NCBI RefSeq assembly: GCF_036588685.1
Contig: NW_026963340.1
Coordinates: 2,790,001-2,854,000, forward strand
Direction: 5' to 3'
DNA from: Mytilus trossulus
Taxonomy: Eukaryota
Length of the DNA stretch: 64,000 nt
In this document: positions 12,892-24,691 of the stretch, piece by piece
How positions within the stretch are numbered: the first letter of the stretch is position 1
How the letters are laid out: each line of letters opens with the position of its first letter
The notes under the pieces: model-generated
Seen by the model: only the letters and a program-made list of their open reading frames with translations
Database searches by the model: none
Told to the model about the DNA's origin: nothing
Translations under genes and position numbers: made by a program

Positions 12892-15800
12892 TTTGTCTGT
12901 AACCTCGTCATAGATATATACCAGGATAAAAAAATGTATGCATGACGCACGTTTGGTCAAGATAAAAAGGTCAAATAAAATACAAAGTAGAAAAGGATTA
13001 GAGATCCGAAATTTCGGAAAGGGTTTGGCAAATGCAACCATCATAATATATTTCTGGGGTGAAAACATCCTTAGTATTTCCAACAATTCAAAGTTTTATA
13101 ATCAATTAAGTTATATTTATAAACACATCAATGATAATTCATGTCAACACCAATATGCTGCATCACTAACTGGCTGGGTAGTCCCTCCGTGAGAAACCTC
13201 CACAAATTTGGCCTCGATCCAGTGGTTGTAATAAATTATTCCCCATTTCCATTCTCAATTTTATAACATATAATGATAACAAATGTGGACACCAGACGCT
13301 CGGTTAATCTTAAAATACATTAAAGTGACGCTCGAAAAATGTCAAAAAAAGAGTGTAATACATTGGACTTATAATGATTCACTATTTGAAATGTTTATAT
13401 TTGTTTAAATTTCTGAACCAAAGGTTGCACATGTGTTTTCGTGTGTGAAGAACAACAAATAGGTTTGATAAGTAACTAGGAAAAAATATTGTAATGATAA
13501 TAACAGGTTCCTCATATTCAGATTAGAGTAGACACAAATTTCCCTTATTAACGCAGTTCTGTTTACGGCCAGATTGGAATTTAGATTAGCACTTAACGTG
13601 AATAAAAGTAAAAATAACATAGCATCATCTTATAAAAATAGTATTTGATTCAAATACAAAGTAGTTTAATGCGATTTCGGGGAAAGACCATTTGAAGGTT
13701 AAGTTTTTGGGTTGGTCCTTTCTACATACTGTACATGCAGAAATGTTGCATAAAATTGAAAAAGGAATGTGACAAAGCGACAACAATCCAACCATAGAGC
13801 AGACAACAATGGGTCTTCAATGTAGCGAGAATTCCCGCACCCATAGCATGCATTTTTCATTGCGACTTGTGAACAATGCACAAAAATGCAAGATTAATTA
13901 TGATCTCAGTATATTTGACATAATATAAGTAAATTTCGGAATTTCAAATGCAGATGGTCCTATTCCTCGCAATCATTGAAAACCAATATCATTTTGGATA
14001 TAGTCTTGTTTCAACCCTATTAATATAGAGCTCCAAACACATTAATATTGTTCAACTTCTGAATATGTGAGAACTTCCATCTAATGCCAGGTTAACGTTA
14101 ATGTCATTAACTGGGAGCAAGACAAGAAACATTCATGCTACATTAACGGGCATAGCTGCTCTAAGCCAGTTATGAAAAGTAAAATTACAAAAATACTGAT
14201 ACTCTTGGGAAAACTTCGAAACGGAAAGTCCTCATTAGTAATCAAATGATAAAACACATAAAACAAATGACAACAAAGGTCATATTCCTGTTATTTCTTG
14301 ACTTGGTACTAGTATTTTCAAATGTAGATAATAATGGAAAGAACCTGGTTTTGCAGCGCGAAACCTCTCACTTTTATGGCTGGCTTGTCTAATCTCCTTT
14401 ACATTGAAAACGATGCATGAGCAAAACCGACTCAATAGGTGCAAATGTCACAAATAGGGGTACAACAACAACATGAACCCCACTAAAAACTCGGGGTGAT
14501 GTTAGGTACTACAAGGGATACAAAGGGAATGTATCGTATGGACTGACTTTTCAGTAATCAGCATTCATCACATTGACATTTTATTGGTATTGATATTGAA
14601 TTCATTATCAGTACATTAAAATCAAACAAATAATCATTTTAATATACGTATGCATATTCATGACTACAATCTCTCAATAACTGTATTTTGTGCATTTTGG
14701 CATTGCACAATGTCATGTTTTTTTCTGACTTTTTTTTACGTCTTTAACCTAAATCCATTATATAAGTTTTTATTGGCTTACAAGTTTAACTATCTGTCAG
14801 ATCTGTACTAAGTTCCTTTTTGGCGAGGAATGTATTTATGTACCCTGTCACCTTCACTCTTGTGATTTTGTTAATTGTCTTATCTTTGTATCTATCTAAT
14901 GAGTTAAGCCCTTTTTAAATTATTTGTATAGCTTGTTCATTTGTTGTACTGATACACCACTGTCCCAGGTAAGGGGAGGGTTGGACGTTAACATACATTT
15001 TAATGTCACATCATTCTGTATGTGCCTGTCCTAAGTGAGGAGCCCATAATTCATTGACTTTTGTTTGTTACTGTTTATCATATTTGTTATCGTTTCATTT
15101 TTTTTTAACATTAATCAGGTCGTTAGTTTTCATGTTTGAATAGTTTTACGTTTGTCCTTTAGCTGCCTTTTATAGCGCCTTTTATAGTTAACTATGTGGT
15201 ATGTGCTTTACTAATTGTTGAAGGCTGTATGGTAACAGATAATTGTTAAATTCTGTGTTATTTGTTCTCTTGTCTCATTGGTAATCATACCACATTTTCA
15301 TATTTTTATATATACAAAGCAACTCTTCTATCTTTCACAATGCAAATTTTTTTAATTAACAATGAAAGTTGAGGTTTTCTTTAAAAAATTAAAAGTATGA
15401 TTAAACTCCCTTTTGCAAAGCTGACCATAGACATTTTTATATTCTTCCTTTTTTTTAAACAATTTGAGTAATCATGCTCCAAAATATTTTTTAATTTTTT
15501 TTCCCACACTTCTTTTTTATCATGAGAAACAGAATGTAGATTGCTTTAGAAACAGGTGCAGACACCATACCAGTTTGTGTTTAGGTTTGATCACCTTGAA
15601 GTTTCTTTCTATTTTATACTATTGTCCATTTTTTTAGACTGACGCTTTATTATGATATAGAACACAAGTTACAAGTTTAACCTGAAAGACTCAGCTACAT
15701 ATAAAAAGTAAAAACACAAAAATACTGAACTCCGAGGAAAATTCAAAGGGGAAAGTCCAAAATCAAAAGGCAAAATCAAGAGTCCAAACACATCAAACGA

Positions 15801-16314
15801 ATGGATAACGACTGTCACATTCCTGACTTGGTACAGGCATTTTCTAATGTAGAAAATGGTGGATTGAACCTTGTTTTATAGCTAGCTAAACCTCTCACTT
15901 GTATGACAGATTATCATGTGACATATCTTAATGACTCTCCACTAGTATTACAATTAAATTGTTTGTTTTGTGTACTGCATAACAGTATCATAAATCATAA
16001 TTATCATTATGAAATTAAGAAAGATATGCAAGTGTGTTCAAGAATCAGTTTAATTTCTTGATTCATTTTTTTTATTCTCCATTTGATTAGGTTAAATAAA
16101 TGTTTTTTTGTTTATTTAAATTCAATATAAATTCTATAATGTGTTTGCAATTGCAGTCACCAATATTCATAAGATAAGCATAAAACAAGCACCACAACAC
16201 CCTTTCAAACGTTTTAATGTCATTTTCCCCCCCACACATGTTCATTCATACATCACTCAAATGAAGATAATTGCTTCCTCCCTATATGTAAAATGAAATT
16301 ATTTATTTAAAATG

Positions 16315-19300
16315 TCACTGTTCATCCCCTTCTGGTCCCTCTCCCCAATTGAATCCTCCTGGTCTCTCTTCTGGAAGTGGGTTATAGTTGGGGTCCTCAG
16401 TGGGTCCTTCTAATAAGTATGTTCTAAAAAAGTAAGAAGAAAAAATAAAATCATAATAAATGTTAATTTACAAATGCACTGTTTAAAAAATACTGTAATA
16501 ATTAAAGTTTTCAAAATGGGTTTTAATTACACTTATTTCAATATCACCATCAAATTGTGTGAATGGCAAACTTATTGTTAATGCACCAAAAATGTTTATG
16601 GGTTGTTATTGCGAAAAAATATAAACTCTGACTTACAGTATGCTTAAACAAATATTTTCCAGTTACTCATGTTTTTCTAAATCACCAAAAAGTAACTATG
16701 ATTGGTCGAAAAATAACACTTATCATTACTGTGGATTCATTTATTTTCGTGAGTATCAATTTTGGTGGATTGAGGGATATTTGATTTTTGGGTGTATTTG
16801 ATTTTGTTGTTTTGCCAATCTCTACTTACAAAGTCTATAGCAAATTGTAAATCGTCAAACATTTGATTTCGTGGTTTACCAGTTCCCACGAAAACTATGA
16901 AAATTGGTATCCAAAGAATAATAATGAATACACAGTAGTATAGACAAGGAATTAATTCAAGATGTATTTAATTTTAACTTCCTCACAAATAACACATGAA
17001 CCTGTCAAGTGTGATACAATATAACAATAGTGGAATCATTATGACATCTTAATATTTTACTGTTATCATGGCTATGATGAGTTTCACAATATTTACCATT
17101 TTTTTTAAATTTTACAGTTTTGTCCTAAATTTTTATAACTTTCATAAAGTCATGAAAGTTCAAATAAGGTTTAAAAAGTTATTGACGTCGACCAATACAT
17201 TTCTATCTAGGATTTACCTAATGCATATTTGTAAACTGCCAAAAAAATGTGTTCATTTATCTTCAAAATACAAAATAATCGGTTAAATAGTTAAGTTTTA
17301 AAAAGTTAAGGCTTATAATTTGATACACTCATCAGATCAAAATAGTGGAAAGCCATAGCAAAAATTATAGTTTTCTGTGATTTACAATACTTTTTTTGTA
17401 AATTTGAAAATCTTTTATCTTCAGACATGCTAGATACTGGACAGTAAGGTTGTCTGATCTGTTATTTTACTGATGCTGTTCTATTCAAGATTGTGACATA
17501 ATGACTGAGTGTAAAATTGCATGCTGGGTAATGAATGCATTGCAGGAAACACTTACCATATTTACACTGTGAATTCACCAGGTTGTACTACTTTTAGAGT
17601 TTATGTGATTCTGTCAGTTTTTAATAATTACTTTCATTTGTTTCTTTCCAACAGACTTCTTGAAAAGTGGTGCTCCAAAGGTTTTGACCACCAAAATTTC
17701 AAAAGGACCCCCAAAATTTTGGTATTTTGCAATAGAAAATAATAATTTTGAGGACCAGCAGTTTTCTTCTAGGACCACTAGAAGAAGAAATATTTCAAGA
17801 ACTCTGTTCCAATTGATTTACATGATTTGAGCATAGGTACACTACTGTTGCCTTAATTCACTATGCTAGGTTTATGCATTAAAGGAAGGTCTTTAATTGT
17901 TTATTTTAAATAATAACTATAAAATAACTTACAAAAATCTTGGTGTTTTTAAGATTCTAAAACCTCCTTGTTGTTCTGGGAAAACATCTTCTAAGAAATA
18001 ATAAATATGGCCAACTGCTATACCTGTAAAATATGATATTCATAATGAATAAAAGATTCTTGTAATGATATATAAAATGAAAATGCAGAGTAAGCTGTAC
18101 AGGATTTTGTAAATTGAACAATGTATAGTAAAATGCTTTAATTATTCTATGAATACCTTTTACTATAAATCTAGGTTAACATTTTTTTTTTGCCATTTAC
18201 AAAAGATTAAAGTATATGTGTAGTATACTAATTATTGTATCTATATGTCCCATTTACAAAAAAAAATATAATTCAGGTTTTTTTACCCATTGCTTTGCAA
18301 TGTGTAAAGCTTGAAACTTTTGTCACTGTGTTATCAAATATTTTTTTCTAAACAAGTTTATAAAACGTTCTTCAATATCCAGTGTGAATAATTTGTAACC
18401 ATAAGAAATACTCCTTACAAAAAGTTTATGCATGGTATCCAGAAAGTAACAACCCAGGCATTTATCCATGTTCATATTTCTATTCTTTTAATTTTGTGTT
18501 TCTGGCGAATCTTTTAAAATGCCTGGAAAACCTCAATTAACTCATTTTAACTTCATTTCTAGATGTATATTTTGTGAACTCTCATTGTAAGTTACTGTCT
18601 TATTGATATTTTTCTATATTGATCTCCTAAATCTTACCAAACATTTGGAGATTTATAAACAAATTTTCCTATTAATATTTAGAATACTGAAAACCCTTAT
18701 AATAAAGCTATAGAAATCTGATGAAACCCATTGAAATTGTACTAAATAATAAATGTTAATGCAACAAATATTTCAGAAATAAAAAGTTCAGAAATATTCA
18801 ATATTTCTACTAATGCAAAAAAAAGCTAAAAAATCAGGATGGCAACAATTACAATGAAGCATTAATAATTTCAGTAGTCATTTATTGCTGAATTTTCCGT
18901 ATATGAAAATCGTAAAATCCACTTTTCTAAATATGTATAATTTACTTACCCATTAAATCAATAACGACTGAATTTCCTAATAATACTGAAAACCCTAACA
19001 ACACCCACGGCAAGTACGGTGCATGAAATGTCATCAGTCCAAAGAAATTCAATCTCACATAAGGATTTCTTCTGCTCCATAAATACACTAACATAATTGT
19101 AAAAGCACTACCAAGGAAAACAATATTTACAATTAATCCTAAAATCTTAAAGTATGTTAAGGAAAGTAAAATCATGAGTGTTTAAAAATAATATGTTAAA
19201 CCATTTGACAATGGTTTCAAGTTCAAGGTACATTGCTAACAAAAAATGGAATTTTATTCTCTAAAAAAAAACCAATTACATTCTTTACTTCTAGCTGCAG

Positions 19301-22300
19301 ACTTATATAGATTCCACCACGGCAACAAGTGTGGTACAATATTTCTCCACTCAAGACAGTTGAATTTTAATATTCAACTTTAGAGAGTGGAGAAATATAA
19401 TAATCCACAAAATATAGTGGATGAACTTGCTTCTCTAATGATTTTCATCGTTCCTTTTCAAACACTTGCAGAAAGTTGTGTTCTTTAAATTTATGTGACG
19501 TCATCAGGAATAGTACCTTTTTTTCATGACGTCACAATAAGAAATTCAGAAGAAACTAAGAAAATTTGTCACCATAATGACCAATCAATTGTTGATAACT
19601 GATATTTCCATATAGTGAGGGGAGAAACGTATCTCACACCAGTCAAGAAATGTGAAAATAGCAAAAAAATTAGAGAAGTTATATACAGTACATTTCGCGA
19701 AAGCCATCCCAAACTCCAAACACCAAGTTTTTTCCTGGTGTGACAACAGGAAACTCCGACATCACTCCCTAAATTCTCAGAGAAATTTGGGAGTATTCTC
19801 TCCGACTTCCGCCGTACATAAGCTTTATATGCTTCAAACAAAAAAGTTTAACAAGTAAAGCATTCTATTTTGTTAATTTTTTTGTTTTTTTACTTGCAGG
19901 ATTATCTCCCATTTAAACTTAAAAATATGCATCAAGGGAGATAACTTAATATTAAAAATATTTTCTTTCTTTTCAATTTATTTCATCTGATTTACTTCAA
20001 ACTTCAAACTGCAAAAATAAAAATAGCTTGTCAAATCAATGATCAATTCAAAATTTCATTGTTTGGAAAAGAAAATAATTGTCTTTTATTTGACATGCAT
20101 GAAATATCAGTTTTATGATAGATTTTGAGATGTTCAAATAAGCTAAATTCTTAATAAGGCCTAAAAATATAAATTGCATTTTTTATTTGGAAAAATCTTC
20201 CTTAATTAATTTAATTTGGAAAGCTTTGTTAGGTATATATATTATATAAGCACAATAAAAGGATACAGTCATTATTGAACAACCGAACAAAATCATGAAG
20301 AAAAAATCTGCTGTCTTGTTCCGAAAGGACCCTTCTTCCAACATCCGACAATATCGGTACGCAAATATCATGTTGAATAAAAAGTTGAATCCTATTGGTC
20401 CAAAATACATAAAATTTGTTACTAATCTCCATACCTAAAATAAACAAATCATGCAAATGTTATATTGACAAATAAATCATACTAAAAATATACTATTTAA
20501 AACCAAGATACATGTATATAAAATGTATTTAATATACAACTTATATGTAACAAGTAATAAGTTTTTTGAGAAAGCCCTATTTCAAATAGTTTGTATTATC
20601 TATTAATATTATTTGTTTTATATGTTCAGTATTATTTTTCTTTCTTTCTTTTTTCTTGCTTTGAATTGATGAATATTTTTTTGTAAATGGTACAACAGAA
20701 CAGTACTTATTCTCTTTCTAAATTTCATGTTTTAAGGAGGCTCGCGGGTATAAGATTTTCAGAAAAAAAATAAACATTAATTTTTCAATACAAATTTTAT
20801 TTATAACCTTTAATAGTTGTAACTTTATCATTTGGTACAAAAATCGTTCCAAAAAATCAATTTGTGTTGACCCCAGGTAACTTTTAAAATGTAGATATCA
20901 TGTAAAAAGCTCCAAATTATCTCCCTTTGGTGCAAAAATGCCATTTTTTGGCATTAAAATCGAAATATCTTTTTTAACTTATCGGTGACCTATATTTTTT
21001 AATGTTGTTTTCAAATAAGCTGTACATAAACTAAATAATTGTAAAATTTGAGCGATTTCTGTAATTTAGTTCTTTTTTTATTTCGATATTAGCGTTTTTT
21101 CTCCTATTAGTTCAACAGAAAAAAAGGACATCAACATAAATGTATGCTTCTTTCGAAGGCAGATTGTGAGCGTAAATGAACGGTGACCCCATTTTTTTAT
21201 TTCATTTTTCTATTAAGTATAAGATAAAGTTCATTTATAGAAAAATAAAGAGAAATCCTATATTAAATAAAAAAAATCATTTAGACCCGCGAGCCCCCTT
21301 AAGTGTTTATCATGTATATTTTTGACAAAGATCATGCTATTGCAATGAAATATTTCACATTCAGGTCAATTTTTGATACATCTGATCAACATAATTAATG
21401 CAATATATATACACATGTTGTTTTGTTGTTTTATTAACTTATCCTACATCTCCTTTAACACACACATAAGAAAACTAAGTCAGGAATATTAATGTTTGAA
21501 AAGGAAATACAAATGTAATGTCACCCATGTAGTTGAGAGGAAAAATAAAGAACTGAAGAAGGTCAATGGCTGAAACCTCTTGAAAAATTGGTTTATTTAT
21601 ACAATTAATTTAAGGAATATTACAGTTGTTGTCCATTCCTTGAATGTTTTTTTTATCAGTTGATTTTCCCATTCTATAATATATAGGGACCTTCTTACAA
21701 AAAGTTGTACCCCACTATTTAGTGGGGCTCAATTCTAATGCAAGTATGGTACTTTAAAATATATTAATATATCTCCTCTAATTTCAAATTGACCCTAAGT
21801 TATTAAAATAATAATCTTGACTCATCAATGTAGATCTATCTATCGAGTACTCACCTGAAACTTTCTAAAAATTAAATCTGGATTAAAATAAATTTGAAAT
21901 GGTGTGATGATGTCTAGTTGCTGAAAAAAAAAGATAAATTAGGATTAGGATTAGGACAATAATGAGTACTACAGTCTACATGTATGTGAATTTGAAACTG
22001 AAATGCATGAATACAAGGGTTATAGTTAGTGTTATGGGAATTTGAAAATTCAAATGCATCAATCAGTTGATAAAGCAAATTTTCTCAATCATGATTTCAG
22101 TGATTAAATTACATTGTAAGAGGTTGCAACGCTCAAAACAACTGACGTTACTTTAGTTCATAATCATCAGAAAATTGTTGAATAAATTAACTTAACATGC
22201 TTAATACACTAATGACTTGATTAAACAAGACATTATAAAGATTGCTTGGAATTAAATTTTACAAACAGAACCAATTACACTCATTTTCATATCGACTTAT

Positions 22301-24428
22301 AAAATATATAATTCACCTGAATATTACCTCAATATTTGGCCTACTTTTTACTTATTCCATGTTAATAGGTTTTCAAATATATATCACCAAATCCTCTGGA
22401 GTTTAAAAAGATTATTCATATTATTATTTTCATGTTTATGGGGACAGATGGACTTTTGGCTGGATGGACTTGGGATGGATCGTCTTGAGCCAGATCGACT
22501 AGGGCTGCATCAGTTTGGGGCTGGATCAACCTGATAATGATGATGGAAGTGTTTTATGACCTTGACTGGCTTAACAGATCTTGCAGTCAGCTCTGACAGT
22601 GCCTGAATACGTTTGGTGAGCATTTCAATATTTTCTGAAGTTGGTCAGGAACAGATGGAAGGCACCATTTTAATAAAGAGTGAGCCAACTTTGTTTTCGT
22701 GAGATACCAAGACTGCTTTCAGGGCAAGGTTGGTCAGCTTGGCAGCCAACTAACCACAATGATGAAGTAGTGGTCGATAGGTCTCAGACATAGTCATAAT
22801 AATGACAGGAATCTTTATCTTTATTTGTCTATTATCCAACACCTATGATACAGACCCTTAGAAGTCAGTCAGCATAATATGTCCCCTGTAATGGGTGTTA
22901 AGGATCAAATGCCAACGCAATTTAACACAAAACTACAAGTTTAAGAACATTATGCAAAGATTTGAATTGGTTTCTGTCATCGAAAGTAGTGTGTCGTTGA
23001 TCCATCAATCAATAAACCCTGGAGTAAACCTACATTGTGGATAGCAGTAGTCCAAATATTATAATTATGATGTCTTGGAAGGCCATTTCTAATTTTGCTT
23101 TGACTCCTTCCTGCGACGATGTAAGGCGTCAAGAAAACAAATATAATAGACTTTCAAGACGTCATAATTATTTGGACTAGGGTATAGAAGAGAGACGAAA
23201 AATACCATCTGGAGGGACAGTCAAACTCATAAATCGAAAAATAAACTGACAACGCCATGGCTAATAATGAAAAGGACAAACACAATACACATGACACACA
23301 TAGAAAACTAAAGAATAAACAACCTGAAACCCCACTAAAAACTAGGGGTGATACCAGGTGCTTTGAACACTGTTATAAATGTTGAATCTCATGTTCATAT
23401 ATATTACAGCATATAATTCACATGTTTGTAAAATTGGTGCAGATTATATTCTATAATTTGTATGATTTTAACAAAAAGAGGTAGACTGCAAACTATCGAA
23501 GTTAACTGCAGATACTATCATATTTTGATGATTCTATTAAATCGCAATTATGGTATCTGTAAATAGATTACGTAACGATTATGAAGAAATTAAATTTATT
23601 ACAAGTCATGAAAGATCATGAAACGCAAATGTTTTGCCTTTTAACATTTCAAAATTACCTTAATGGAAATACCAGTTGTTGCTGTTATAATTTTTCATAA
23701 AACTCTTTCCGATTACAATCCACGCTATGTAAATTGTTTTGAAATAACAAATCATCATATCTTTAGCAAAAATCAGAAATATTAACATACATTTTATACA
23801 TAAAATTTGAAAAAAATGGTCTAGACGGAGTATCTTTACCGGAAAGACTGAAACTTTGGTGCAAACGTCATCAACATAAACACAGACGTGTTGCACTCGT
23901 TATGTTGCCTCGTGTATTATATTCGTTTGTGAATCATCTACACATGACATGCACCTAATATGGATTTAATAAAACACACTATTAATCTACAATAAACTAA
24001 TGTATGGGAAGATCAATATTTTATAACCGTTTCTTTATTTATACTCAATATAACAGTACTCTTCTTTAAAAAAATAGTATAAAATATCTTGCATCCGAGC
24101 CAACTGTCCTGATATAGAGGAGCTAACCCAGCACAGCCGTTCAGTTGTAATTACTGAGACTGTAACTAAATGCCTTATCCGTAGCCATGTGGATCGAACT
24201 CATAGTTGAATTTACTTGTACATGATTATAGGGGAATTTGATCAAGAGATAAGTCATTTTAAGTGGTTGTGTTACAGTCCTACATAATTTTATACTGCTT
24301 GTATTAAACTTTTAAGTAAAACTGAACAAGAATAATACCACAGCTATCGTTGTGATGACACATGCTGTTGTGTAAGCCCGAGTAACGGGCGGCATTTGCA
24401 TGTATTCTTGCTGAAATGTTTGTGCCAT
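16315..24428 (-). CDS. DERL2: Derlin-2 (ERAD rhomboid pseudoprotease), 239 aa, 6 coding exons
   Basis: Exons 24339-24428 ([23 protein letters not shown]), 21855-21920 ([14 protein letters not shown]), 20267-20434 ([21 protein letters not shown]), 18950-19145 ([21 protein letters not shown]), 17933-18023 ([15 protein letters not shown]), 16315-16423 ([15 protein letters not shown] box). Phases are consistent and total 720 nt. Could be the single DERL2/3 orthologue. Confidence 0.95.
16729..16935. mobile_element. MITE with CTGTG...CACAG termini and TA flanks
   Basis: ctgtggattcatttattttcg ... aataatgaatacacag; second copy at 48051-48260. Confidence 0.7.
19146..20266 (-). other. U12-type (GT-AG) minor intron of DERL2
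   Basis: 5' site GTATCCTTTT; branch TTTCCTTAAC (19156-19165) about 10 nt before the AG; no polypyrimidine tract. Confidence 0.92.
20736..21298. mobile_element. TTAA-flanked MITE (Kolobok-like) in DERL2 intron 2
   Basis: TTAA 20732-35 and 21299-302; TIR GGAGGCTCGCGGGT / ACCCGCGAGCCCCC; purine-purine start. Confidence 0.75.
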
Positions 24429-24691
24429 GGCTGTGTAGTGCAATGTTTACACCGGATGTTGAAAAATCCACGTAGAATAAGATAAAAGTAAAAAGTAAAA
24501 GATATCAATACAAATTTAACAAAATTTGTCTTTTAATTTCTTCAGAAACTATATAAGTTTTGTTTTTTATTTATTTAAATATACAATTTTTTATATCTAA
24601 TTCGTTGATTTCACGATAGGATCTTTTTCAAAAAATAAAATTGTTATCTGAAGATTTTACTTACACCGGAAGTAAAATAAATCAACAAACC
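24429..24691. promoter_or_regulatory. Putative bidirectional promoter DERL2/SUDS3
   Basis: Divergent ATGs only 263 bp apart; ETS-type motifs ACCGGATGT (24451-59) and CCGGAAGT (24666-73). Confidence 0.7.

Noticed and set aside
23030-23086. Alternative DERL2 first exon (ATGGCCTTCCAAGAC)
   Set aside because: Stops after 18 codons; the homologous first exon is 24339-24428
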